NCBI GenBank assembly: GCA_012295275.1
Contig: CM022670.1
Location: forward strand, 36,270,001 to 36,334,000
DNA length: 64,000 nucleotides
Reading direction: 5' to 3'
Source: Chrysomallon squamiferum
Lineage: Eukaryota > Animalia > Mollusca
Shown here: piece by piece, positions 27,101-40,100 of the stretch
How the letters are laid out: each line of letters opens with the position of its first letter
Numbering within the stretch: the stretch's first letter is position 1
The notes under the pieces: model-generated
The model's input: only the letters and a program-made list of their open reading frames with translations
What the model was told of the DNA's origin: nothing
Databases searched by the model: none
Program-made: the position numbers and the translations under genes

Positions 27101-30100
27101 TTTGTAATCAAACAAATAAAAATTACTTACATCTGGAGAACAATGGCTGTAACTAACAACTGCTGAATTCTTCTCAACATCAAGTAAATCTATGGGGACA
27201 TCACTCTGAAATGTCATTGGCACATTAGCACTTAATTAACACAATTTGTTTTGTTAAATAACATAAATCTCAAATTTTTAGTAGTAACTATTTTAAATAC
27301 TGACAGAATTTAAAATAAATATATGAGAATAATATATAGGAAATTCTAATAAATTATTTCTCTAACAAAATGTTTTTATTTTATTATTTTTATTGATTTT
27401 TTGTTGAAAACTCTCTCTTTAAGAATAATTTGTAATATTCCAAAATTAATGTGGAAATAAAATATTTTTTCTTTTTTTAAGTAAACCATTCAAAGAAAAC
27501 ATACACCAATAAATAATAATAATAAATAATTAATAATTAATAAAATAAATAGAAACAAAAAAACAAAGATTATTATTTAAAGTACATCATTTCAGTTCTT
27601 GAAGCTAAAGATCTCAATGTGAAACTGAAAATAGAAAACCTAATTAATGAACTATACCTGTAATAGAACATTGTCTATGGGCATTTGTAGTTCTAGACTC
27701 AAAGTGTAGCTGGCATCTTCACGATTTAATACAAATTTGTCCTTGATACTAAAACAAGGCACAGCAGAAACAGTATTGCTTGAAAATGCTGACTTCTGGT
27801 ATTTTTCTCTTTCATCCATAACTTTCTTCTGGAGATCATCAAGTTCCTGTCTAAAATTTTAAAACAAAAAGTCATGCAAAAATTACATAATAAATAACAT
27901 TTCAATGTCAAATTTAGACTATTAAAATATATAGTATGAATTCACTTAAAACTGTTGATGTAATATGTTAAATCTGGTTATAAAAATAGATAAAATTTAA
28001 TTCCTTGCTGCAATTAAATATTTGTCACCCAAATGCACCTAAAAAAATTAAAAAGAAGAAACTGAAAAAGCTTAGTTTTAATGCACATTAACCGTAATAT
28101 TTAATGTAAATACTTTTAGATAGTACAGTTAAAGCAAACATTATCAGTAAACTGAAAAATATAATACTAAAATATAATACTAAAATAACACTAAATATTT
28201 CCTTATTTATAACTGTAACAGAATTTTATGAAAAAAATATAAGTACCAGCAAAATTGTTAAAATGTTAAATACATATAGATGGTATATATATATAATTTA
28301 ATATAAAAACACAAAAAGGAAGCAATACCATGTAAGAAAAATGCATGCTGAAATGTGTTAATGAAGCAAGATATTCACTTAATTCCCTTCAACAGTGTTA
28401 AAATGATTATCATGCAGATTACAATAGTGAAAATATAAAAGAAAAGAAATAAATGAAAAATTATTCATAATAAAACAGGCAGGTTTCAAAAGATATATTT
28501 CAACACACCACAAGAACAATCAGTTTTGCCTCAAACAACAATAATTACAAATTAAAAACTGACATAATAAACAAAAATGTATACTAAATCAAACTAACTA
28601 CAATATATACATGTATCAAAAATATATCAAACAATCAGCCATGCATTAAATCAATGGTAATGTAATGTGCACACATGATGGAAACCTCCAAGAAGGGAGG
28701 TAATTCTACATACTTCATGTTTAACAGCTTTGACTGAGCTGCTGCATCTAATGCATTTGCTTGATTTCCAAAAGCTTTGGTTTGCTGTTCAGAGGTTAGT
28801 CCAAAAATCCAGCCTGTCACATGCAACATACAAAAGCAGAATACAGACAATAGTAGCATTTACATTTATAATAGAATACACTGCAGTGTTTACACCATGC
28901 ATCCAAATTAGTACTGGAATTTATAGAGATTATGTAAATCAGATTTTATTATGTATCATTAGTAACCTGTTATTTGAAGGAACTTGAACATGTAACTAGT
29001 AATCTTTTATTTAAATGAATATGAACCAACTTCTTAGAATTAAATATAGAATGAAAATATTATGAATTTATTCCGTCTGATTTAGCCATTGGTATTGTTC
29101 AAGATCATATTTAGAATTTTATCTGTAAAAGTCTCTGAAAAATAAAATCAGCATAAGTGTTTAAATAATATTTTATTAATTTCATGTACAAAGACATTTG
29201 GGTTACATGATGAAAAACAGATTTCTCGTGAATGGGAACTTCTAAAAGAAAGCCCAGGAAAGAATTAACCAGTACCAGGATGAAGCTTTTTCTTGTGTTT
29301 AGTATTTGCTGGGATTGTATGTATATTTATGAAGCAAATTACTGATTTTATAGTACATGCAATGTCTTAATAGAGGGATCAAAATCAGTTTCTACTGAAA
29401 TGGAAAAACAAAGGGGAATAACTCCTTAAATGCAATTACTATAATTTAGTATGAAAACTTTCACCAATCACAAGTAAAAAAAAAAAAAAAAATAAAAGAG
29501 AAAAAAAGAGTAAAATTTTAAATAATGAAATATATTTTACATTATTTAACAAAAACACTATGTCTTTAAAAATCTTGATCCCTAATAAATACCATGCTTA
29601 TACAAATATTCAATGCATTATACCACATAGGACACCATTTACAATAATACAGTTATATTTACGTCATGCCCATCATGCCATTAGGCAGCTAGTTACCTCA
29701 GTGAAATAATTTTTTGTTTTCCCTCAGCAGTGAATCTGAGAGCATCAGATGATGAGTCTTTGTACTTTGCCTCAGAGGTCAGAGAAAAAAGCCAGCCTAG
29801 AAACAGGTGTATCTAACTCTTGTAATACACTAATTCCTGCACTGGTACCCAGTGAGAGATTAAATGCCCAGGATATTAATATTACTTTTGCATCTTTAGA
29901 TAAAGAAAACACTTTTAAAATGTATTAATACTTCAAAGTACCTTCGTTGCCATATAAAATTATCATTTAAGTTTGGTTAAGTAAAGTTGTATTTTATTTT
30001 TAATAAAACATTTTCAAAGGTAGTTATCATGGGGAAAAAATGGTCTGACATATTATATCGTACCAATTCATTTTATACAAGACAAAATTAAAATCAAATT

Positions 30101-33100
30101 TCTGTTGTTACCTCCATATGTTGCACATATAATTTCGTCATAGCCTGGGGTGGAGACCACACCACCCTGAACAGAAGTGACACTCTCACTACATGTCTGC
30201 AATAAACATTGAAAGAAATTATGACAAGTATACAAAATTTTATAATTTTATTGCCTTAAGAAATTTTTCAATCAAATTTTCTAAATATTTTAAAAGCAAA
30301 GGTTTGAAAATTAGCAGCTGTAGCTGAAACCAAAAAACAGTTGTATGTGAAAGATAGGGAGAGTGCAATGGAGAGACAGAGAGATTATATATATATTAGT
30401 ATTATAGGTATATACATTATATATGTGTGTGTTTGTGGGTGTGTCAGGGAGAGGGAATAGGAGATAGAGGGAAAGTATATCTATTTTGTTGTATGAATAT
30501 AGATATGTAACATATGTGCATAAAATTAAGTATCCCTATATTTTTCCTTAATTCAAAAAAGTCCATAAACATATATATTTATAAATTCTAATATGACTGG
30601 TTGATGTAAAATAAAAAAATTATCTTTAAAATGTATATGCTGAAAATATTTAAATCAGATAATCAATTACAAAAATATATAAATAACTAACACATTTTTT
30701 TATAAAGTGTTGGAAAAGAAAAACAAGAGGAAATTCTGAAAGTACATACATGACTAAATCTATGAACTGGTTCATCAGCCTCATCATAACTGTACACTTC
30801 AATCTGACCATCATCTCTGCCCACTAGCAAGTCAAATACCCCATCTCCTGTTATGTCATAATTGTCAATGCTCAACACACCTGCATTAAAGACAGATACA
30901 CAATAATGAAAGTAGTGCAATGTAGCAGTTTAACTTAAAGAAAAGAAAGCAAATTACAAAACTCATGTGAATTGTTATTCAATGATACATTCAGAAAAAA
31001 TTAAAGCAATAAAAATTATATATATATATATAAATATAAATAAATATAAAGTTAATTTGTTTTCTAATAATACTAAATTAAGAATTTAATAAGCTGGCAT
31101 ATTTTAAATAAATTCCAAAATACACTATGTGAAATTTAATCTCACAAAATGTCAAATTCCTTTATTCATCAGATGTATAATTGTTAATTACAAATATAAT
31201 TTCAAATACCTCCACTTCTCTTTTCATTGGGCAATTCCCATCTGTGTGTTGGAGCCAGACTGAAAGTAAAATAAATATAGATTAAACTGATTATGAAAGG
31301 TTTTCATATAATTGATAATTATTATTAGTATTTTAAATTTCAGTTCAGAAAAAGAATGAAATTCTAAATATTTTAAAAAATATCTTTTTGACATTTGAAA
31401 TTAATATTTTACCTTTTCTGTTTTTTTACTAATCATTAATAATGTATAATTTACTCAGTTACATCATCATGTTTATAAACACCAACATCACTGATCAACT
31501 AGATTTGTTACTTCAAATTCTTTGCATTTATTTCTTTGTTTTCATAATGTTTTAAAGAAAACAAAATTCAAGTTATGCAAAGCTTACATTCCAATCTGCA
31601 CCATACCAATTCGTCCATCAGCTGTACCATAAAGAATTTCATTGCCTTCATCCCCACCATTTTTAGCATAAAGACTCAACACAACTGGTGGACCTGGTAC
31701 CTCCATTTCATATAACAAATCAGATGACTAGAAAAAACAAAAACAAAATGTTTACAAATAAAACAAATCATAGATTTATTATGTTTTCAAGAAGTTTTAA
31801 AAAAATGTGTATAGATATATAAAATCGAAGTATTTCCACTACAAAACTTATTTTAAAAATTGCACTCTTTTAAAAACTTCTCATAGCAGTTTATTACATA
31901 CTTGACTAAAAGAACCTTTAACAAACAAAATGATTTACATGCTTGCAATTTATTTATTTTTGTTTTATGCAAAATGAACCGAATCACAACTGTTACTATT
32001 TAATTTCCTGAAATCCAAAATAAATATTGTGTAGTATTTAAACAAACAATTGCTAATGAAAACAGAAGTCTTCAGGTTTCTTTATCATTAATTACAGTTC
32101 TTCTATCCAAACGTTTATCTTCAACAATATGTCATTACTTTAACTGTATTGTTTTTACTTCATCCAAGTAAAAGTGCTATGATTACTTGATATAATCATT
32201 TATTTTTATAAAATTCATTCTATACCTTTGCATTGCTCCAGTTCATTTATTCTTATTAAACAGTATATTAACTCTGAGAGCTAAGCATATATTTACAATT
32301 ATAACTCAACCAGTCTTTCTAGCATACATTTTTCTCTTTTTTATTAATTACAATATAATTAACAATATAGCTAGTCCTCTGAACCAAAAAACAGTACCAA
32401 TATATTAACAGGGGTCCATCCATTTGAAATTAAAATATTTTATTAGAGATCAGATGAACAGTACCTGTAGAACTCGGAGCACCCTATCTTCACAGGCAAG
32501 AACAGGAATGACATCTGGTATTCTGTCTAGAGGCAGGCACAGTACATCATTAATTTTGTCTCCACACAGAAAGTTGTTCAAATTTTTACAATCTCGATAA
32601 TGGTTGTAAATGAAATTGCCACAAACAAGCAGATCTGAGCTCTCTACATACCTGAAATTTAAAATTCACAATATTTTAGTTAAGTTTTATGAAATTATGT
32701 TGGAAGAACAATATCTGATGAATTCTCAGTATAAATCATTTTTACTTTCTTCAAGCAGCCATGAAACCTATTACAATGATTAAAGCATAAAAGAGTAATA
32801 ATTAAAAACGTAAAATAAATAAATAAAACTAACCACAAACAAATTAAAAATTTCTTAAAATATCCTTGAAATATTTCCAAGGAATTAGTATTAACTGTTA
32901 AAGCAGTAATAAATAACAAAATGACAAAATATACTTACATGGACTGTATAGGTTCAGACATGTTAGAATCAAAAGTTAGAAAATTTTTGCCCTTTTTTGT
33001 GAATCCCTTAACTTCAGGTCCAGCTGCTATGAAAATTCTTTCACGAGGCTGACCTGTTTGTCCTCCTAATTCTAAACTGGTTATCTTTGGACCAGGCTGA

Positions 33101-33950
33101 GTTTTGAAAGCAAGCTGTAAATAAATATTCTCTTGTAAACAGAACCAAATTTAGTGACTTAATGTAATCTTGAACAAAAACATTTTAAACTTATCATTCA
33201 TCATATGATAAAAATCTTATGGTTTTAAAATGTTAATAATTAAAATTAATAATTAAACATGAAAAAAAGTATTTAAAGATAACATCTGTAACTTCTGAAA
33301 CATTAAAAAAAACCAATAAGTAATACTTTCAATGTTACTCAAAAAACATTATTAAAAAAATGTAATCTCAAAACACCAATATTTATTATTTTTATTCTTT
33401 TTCTGTCCAGATATTTAAGTTTTTAACATTTTGTCTATGATTGTATATATATATTATTTTTGTTTTTTACCTGTACTTCCCTTTTCCTCATTCCAAAGCA
33501 CTGAAGTACACCTCCACAATCTGCTATTGTAATCTACAAATTAAGTCAAATGTTCAGTAAAAATCACCTGTACACAATTATAGTCACACATTAAAACAAA
33601 TAATAATAAACAAATAAACAAACAAACAAACAAACAAATAAATAAGTAAAATAGAGATCATATCAGAATTTAAAGTTTGTAACACAAAGATGTTATTGTC
33701 CTATACCTGAATAAAGTTTTTAATATGCAGTAGTGTATTTTTATTTTATTTTTTAGAAATTAAACTGAACATCAGTATCTTGTTGTAAATGTCAAATTAC
33801 CTTTTGCAGTTTTCCAGTAATAGGAAGAAGTTTCATTGTTTGAGGACATGTGATTCCAACCTGAAATTAATGACAGAAATTTTATATTTTTATTTTTTAT
33901 AGTAATATTTTTAAAATGTCAATAAATAACGTCACAGCTTAAGACAAAGG

Positions 33951-33988
<38 letters not shown>

Positions 33989-34210
33989 TCTCTAAAAGTT
34001 CTCGAGGCATAAAATGTATTACTTTTTATTTTTTGAAATTAGTAGTAATAGTCGTAGTAAAGATATATTATGCGATCATGTGAAATCGAAATTATTTCAT
34101 ACACGAAAACATATTAAAACAATATGGAATATTAAATATTTACAATTTTTAATGCTAATAAAATAATTAACCTGTATGTAGTCAACTCGTGTTAAATTTA
34201 ATTCCATCAT
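23826..34210 (-). CDS. BBS7: Bardet-Biedl syndrome 7 protein (BBSome subunit)
   Basis: Exons (approx.): 34210-34172 ([13 protein letters not shown]), 33860-33801, 33533-33471, 33114-32939, 32651-32465, 31727-31588, 31259-31210, 30881-30750, 30196-30111, [29796-29697 or 28813-28714], 27851-27658, 27205-27131, 26811-26609, 26133-25970, 25616-25506, 24918-24816, 24504-24381, 23962-23826. Strong similarity to vertebrate BBS7 as recalled: [101 protein letters not shown]. Confidence 0.97.
24100..24183. repeat. (AAT)n microsatellite in the last BBS7 intron
   Basis: Read directly from the sequence. Confidence 0.95.
28714..28813 (-). CDS. BBS7: BBS7 alternative exon B (100 nt, phase 1-2): [34 protein letters not shown]
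   Basis: Acceptor TGACAG|GC, donor AA|GTATGT, open frame, same length and phase as exon A and homologous to it (GWxFxLTSE...K...K). Confidence 0.85.
29697..29796 (-). CDS. BBS7: BBS7 alternative exon A (100 nt, phase 1-2): [34 protein letters not shown]
   Basis: Acceptor TTTCTAG|GC, donor AG|GTAACT, open frame, phase-compatible with the flanking exons 30196-30111 and 27851-27658. Confidence 0.85.
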
Positions 34211-34460
34211 TTTGAAAGATTAATATCGTATGTTAACAATATTAAATTTCAATCGTTGACGAATTAGCAGGTTGTTTAGCTTCCCAACCAAATATGCGTA
34301 AATCTCCTGTGCTTAAAGTAAAGAAACGACAAGGTCTCGCAACGCAATTTTATTTTATCAATGTACTGTTATACAAGCAGACTTTAAGTGGTATCCTATC
34401 AAAGCAGAAATAATCCTTGTAACAATCAGTATCACATAGAACAATGTTAAAAACGTTTAT
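34211..34460 (-). promoter_or_regulatory. BBS7 5' UTR/promoter, CpG-retaining
   Basis: Directly upstream of the BBS7 ATG. CpGs cluster across about 33930-34460, in contrast with the CpG-poor gene body. Confidence 0.55.
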
Positions 34461-34659
34461 TTATTTATTTATTATTATTATTACATTATTATTTTATTTA
34501 TTTATTATTATTATTATTTTTTATTTTTTTTTTTTAGAAGGTAAATACACTTTGTTGAAATCTTAAAAGCTAAATAATGGTATTTTTCCATTGTAAGCTC
34601 TGAAAAATATTTGCTCTGCTTTTTCTGCTATTTATTTCTTTAGTGGTTTGAAAATGACC

Positions 34660-35600
34660 TTGATAAAATTTCAATGGATGAACATTAATTATGCACATCA
34701 TGTCATTGGTTTGTTGGACAAAGATGTACCTTTTCTTTAAAATACTAGACACAAAACAAATCTTGAAAAGGGACAAACACTGCAGACTTGTCAACAACCT
34801 GAAATTCTTGCAAAGTAATCCTCTTTGCATTCATTCTAGGTGATATTCAGATACTTATACTTCAGCAGCAACATCAAATTCTGTCTTTAATAGAATTGAA
34901 CCAAAGATTCTCAGATTTGGCCTCTGAGACTGTTGAGAATATTAAAAAGCAATTTAAATATCCTACCTTAAAGAGGAATTTTCAAAGTCTTTGCCTGAAA
35001 TACTTTACCAAACTCTTTAATATTTGAACAGACACTTGGATCAAGGGAATTCAGATTATAGGCCTCAAATGGCACTATGGACTCCACTGATGGGAAATTG
35101 ATATCAAGGAAAAACCACCACCTTTCACGAATCAAATGCAAATCACCTGCAGAAAAGAGTCAGCCATGAAGGCTCCAGGTTAAGAAGGAAGGAGCTGACA
35201 TAACTGAAAAAAAAATCCCTGACAGAGTGAGGAAAAGGAACAAAGGAAAGATTCATTTACAGTGGTTAAATAAATTTGTCTGTTCATTGTATTATCCAGG
35301 CTGGAATTTGTGGAGTATACTAATCTTAATTCCATCTTGTGAATATATGTTAACATCATTTGAAACAAGGAAGCTGAAAATGGAGAGGTTTATGATGTGT
35401 GAATTGGTGGTGACTGCACTTCTTTCTTTTTACAGTCGATAATCAATGTAAATTTATTTTTCATTTTGCATTTGCCACTGTTCAGACAACCCAATGTTTA
35501 GTCTTGAAGTCAGAAGTGAAGATCATTTTCAGTAAATAAGCTTTACTTCAATGAAGTATTTGTGCACGCTAGCTCTTACACAAAATCATTTCTCACAACA
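34660..35600 (+). mobile_element. Heavily decayed PIF/Harbinger (DDE_Tnp_4, HARBI1-like) transposase relic
   Basis: Frame-shifted, stop-ridden fragments occur in the order expected for Harbinger transposases: SAATSNSVFNRIEPKILRF (~MSxxTFxxLxxxIEPxI..LRY), SKSLPEIL..YL, TWIKGIQIIGLKWHY then STDGKLI (~W..KWNFP..GAIDGKHI), HCIIQAGICG..FHLVNI (~FSIVLQAxCDxxxxFxxVxV), ENGEVY (~SDGGVF), IGGDCT (~VGDxAF), VLKSEVKII (~ILKSRWRI), LHK (~LHN). Each match alone is weak; the colinearity is the evidence. Confidence 0.5.
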
Positions 35601-37081
35601 ACTGCTCTTCATAAAGACACAAGTAAAAAGAGTATCTATATTTGTAATTACCAAATTTATTACAATTCTGAATTTTACATCATTTATTAAATAATTTAAT
35701 GACTGTTTGTGTACAAATTCACTTCAGGAATATTTACAGTAATGATTAATGACTTTTAAATTGCCACTTTAAATGTTGTTCAGTAATAAGATGTGATTCT
35801 GTGGGTACCATAACAACACACTGATATTTTCCTTTCAGATAATGAAATAAAAAGCAAATGTGCTTTTAGTGCATTTGCTTGGTGGTTGGTTCTATATTAC
35901 AAAGAAATTACATTTCCCTCTATGTTTATGTAGACAGATTCTGTCCTTAATTGACACAAATTAATCTTTATCTATTAAAAGAATAGCTTGTTTTTCTAAT
36001 CTCATTCCTCCATTCATCAGTTTGTGTATTGATCGGTCGATCCATATTTCTTTTCATCCATTTTTACAACCTTCTTTACATTATTAAAATTATTTATTTT
36101 CCAGACAGAAGACATAACTGAATTTTGACCTTCATTTAGGCACTTTGTCTTTATTATTTTGATCTAGTTTAGTGCTGCATTTGGGAATAAGAAGCCATAA
36201 CATATTATATTTATGACAAAAACTACCAAGCACCTCATATGGTTGGTGACATTCTCCTGTAAACAAGATATAAAAGAGTGCTTACAATTTTTAATTAAAA
36301 GGCAGAGATAATCTTTACTATTATTTCTTTATGCGAGGTCTTAACATTAAAAAGCACCCTTGAGACTGTATCGCTAATTCATCCAGAATGTTTTCATTAT
36401 GAAAAGTAATGAGTCAGTTTTTCTTCATTGAACCAATTCAAAAAGAAAATTGGTGGAAGGAGTCAAGATCGTTGCCACTGCAAAGCAATTTGCATGATTT
36501 TTCGCCTGACAAAACTATGCTGTGTTATGGTAGTGATATCATCACTGCAGTGTGGACTTGATCGATGGGCAGCAATTTTGTGGATTATTGTCACATTATT
36601 ATGACAGAGAAAATATGGCATGAAAATTGTTCCATGTAATACAGTCTCTTAAGCATCCATATATGATGTGGGGGGGGGTCAGTGAACTGAATGTTTTAAA
36701 ACGTTGATAGCTTTTGATTAAATGTTATCAAATGTTATTAGAATTTGATATGTTTTGTGTTAGGTGGAGCAATTACATGAACTTTTATGTCTTTAAATTT
36801 AATATTAAAGAAAACAATGGTTATATTATATATATATATATATATATATGTATGTACTGTGCTCTGTGTAAATGTATATGTATGTCTCTGTGCATTTCTG
36901 TAGTATGTACATATGTTTTGTGTGTGAATATGTGTATGTATACATATTATATTCATGAATGTATTTCTGTATATATTTACAAACACTGATATGTGTGTAC
37001 TTATGTGTGATATGTAAAATAATAAAGCTTAAATAAACATCACAACACCAAAATATATAAGATTGTGTTTGTGTGAGTGTA

Positions 37082-37113
<32 letters not shown>

Positions 37114-40100
37114 CGTGCATACACACATGAGTGTTGGTTGGTAAAAATATAGTCTTCCACCAAAGATATTAAATATAAATAAGATTGCTAAAAAAAAAAA
37201 AAAGTAAATGACAATAAAAAAAAAAATTTATATATTAGAAATGTAATCAAGAAAACGTAATATCATAAACAAAAACAATAAAATTTTAAAAATTAATTTA
37301 TTATATATATGTCGTATTTTAATACATTAATGAATTTTGTATTCAAAATATTTTGTTCTAAAAGAAAACATCAAAGTATATTTAACTTTAGCAGTGTGAT
37401 GACACTAATGTGAGAGTGACGTGCTTCCTTTCATACAGTTCAACACCCTTCTGCTGAAAGTTATTAATGAAAAATGATGGTAAATATAAAGTGAGCATGT
37501 TTTTGCAAATTAGACATTCACAAATTAATCTAATGATGTGGTTAGTGAAAGGTCAGTTGTCATAACCTATTATTCATGGTGCGATATTGACAAAGTTGCT
37601 TGATGTACAATTAAGGACACGAGGAAAATCAATAGCTCAAGTGAAAAGTGGATCAGGTGAAACGAAGGCATATTATAAGTAAATGAAGAATGAGGAGAGG
37701 CAGACTGCATGTAAATCAAAGTCTGCCATTAGAGGATATTAGAGTAATTGCATCCTGTATCCAATATGCTCATCAGAAATTATTGATTTTGCCCACATTT
37801 TGCTTTCTTTTTCATAAAAAAAGCTTATTTTTTAAATACTGCATATATATATATATAGATTTTGTTTAATGTCTTTGTTCAGTAGGTGTATAGAGTTCAT
37901 GTTTTACAGGATGATTATGTCTACAGGTGTATTATGATTTTGGTATACTTGAATATGTTTATGAATATATTCAGGTGAACAGTCAATCATGTTTGGGCAA
38001 ATGTATTTATTTCTAGTCATTTAATTTGTATAAACTCAAAGACTGTCAACAAAATTTATAAAAATATTTTATTCAAAAATATCTCCTAATGTTTATCTCC
38101 TAATGTTAAACTTTTTTTTTTTTTACCTTTTTACCTTATTTATTCATGTTAATAATGTTAATTAAATAATTGTATTGTTCATAATAAAATAAATAAATGG
38201 TAAAATTGTAAAAAAAAATTATCAATAATTTTTGTTTAATTGTATAACTAGTTGTGTTTTATTTTATTCATTTAAATCATAATATATTTTTTTTATTATT
38301 TTATTGTTTTTATTGTTCTAAATCTCAGTAGTAATGTTTAAAAGTAATAATCTGTTCTTTTTCTAATCTGTAAAAGTACATTCAACAGTATGCATTTGGT
38401 AGTGTACTAATGATTTCACATTTAATTTGTTTCTTGTTTGCATTCGTTGCTAATAATAAGGAATGAGCATAAAACAATGAGTTCATGTAGAGGATTAATA
38501 TGCAAAAATATAATTTTTACTACAATATCATTTTCTATATATATATATGTTAATTTTTTTCTTGTTTTATTTATTATTATTATTTTATTTTTATTTTTTT
38601 ATTTTTAAATTTTATTTTTTATAAAGTAAAAAAACCCAATAGATTAGACGATACCAATAAATTTACTCAGTCTGTCTGGAGTTTTTTTACATACTAGGAA
38701 AACATATCTGCATGCATTCTTATGAGCTTGTTGTTTTATTGCTGTGCTCTAGAAATGACTGACAACAAACTGGAATGAAAACTGCCCAAGCTGATTAATG
38801 CATCAGGGTGAAAAAACAACACAATTTAGTTTTAGATTTTTTTGTGAGTATGTGGATCTTTCACAGACAAATTTTACAGACACCAGTTCAAATATTCTTT
38901 ACAATCATTGTGTTTATGTATATATCAGTATAAATCATCTATTCATTACAATATATTAATTTATAAACCAACTTAAAAGATTTGTAACTGCTAAAATGGA
39001 AAGCTAATAAGTCTGAATCTCATTGGAAATGAGTTATTATTAATTCAAGAACACAGATGAATAATACTTGTTCTAAAATTCCATTGAAAAAAGTTCATCC
39101 CAGCAGTTTTCTTAAATCAAAGTCAGTGATTTCATGTTTTTCAATATTGCCAGACAAGCTCATCCTATTGCAAATAATGTTATAGATTCATGTATGCATG
39201 TATCTTTGTATCAGTGCAATCACTTATTCAAAATAAAGATTAAATCACTTTCTAGAGCTCAGTGCTGATGAATATTCATTTAAAAAAATAGTCTTCAGTG
39301 ACTACTGGCCATTTCTGTTTTAAATGTCCTTCCCTTCTGCTATTCACCATTCTCTGCTCTTTCCAGCCAGTCAGTAAGTAAGCTATGCATCTATTCTTCA
39401 ATATTATTCAATTGATTTTTCTGTAAGCATTCATCCATCTGTCCATTCATGTATTCTTCATATCTGTCTGTCTCATTTCATTCATGTCTTTCAATCCTCT
39501 ATCCATCCTTCCTTCCTGCATCCATCCTCTATCTTTCCATCCTCCATCCTCCAATATTCCATCCTCCATAAATCCTTTATCCTTCAGTCAAAACATCTTC
39601 ATACAATACATTAAAACCAACTGGCCAACAGTTGGTTAATTTACTCCATATTGGACTGTTTGTGCTTCAGCCTCCACAAATATCCTTCCATTTTATTTTC
39701 TTATTTATCTCTTCCCTAACTCTTTCCCTCATTTCTGAAACATATCAATTACACAGAAGTTACATAAATAACAGTAGATTTTCATAATTGATTATCTGAT
39801 TAAACCAGATTTTGAAGAAACATTTCTTTTGAAAGGGAAACAACCCATCAATACGAAATCCATTAAGTGGATTTGACCTTGTAATCTTTCACACATCAGG
39901 CAGACAGCTTACTATCCAATATATGTATCCATCAGTCAAAAGTACATTATATATCTCTTTACAGTCAGCAAATGTTGTGACTAACACAGCATGAAAATCT
40001 GGATTCTCATAAATCAAAATAATATAATCATTACGTAGATGAAATTTTTGATTTTTGTATAAAATGTTGATATCCCATTATTAAAATGTGAAAGATTTTG

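Noticed and set aside
29207-29345. ATGATGA...CTGA C/D-box-like pair between the BBS7 alternative exons
   Set aside because: It is antisense to the host gene, with no terminal stem or recognisable rRNA guide.
34260-34445. Search for an RFX X-box in the BBS7 promoter, expected for a ciliary gene
   Set aside because: Only half-sites or poor matches (gtctcgcaac, gtatcacatagaac); no convincing GTNRCC-N-RGYAAC.
36714-37128. ORFs rich in Y/I/C/V/H/T
   Set aside because: Translations of (TA)n and (TG)n microsatellites.
39615-39637. Perfect 9-bp inverted repeat aaccaactg-gccaa-cagttggtt
   Set aside because: Too short and isolated to support a function; plausible by chance in 64 kb.
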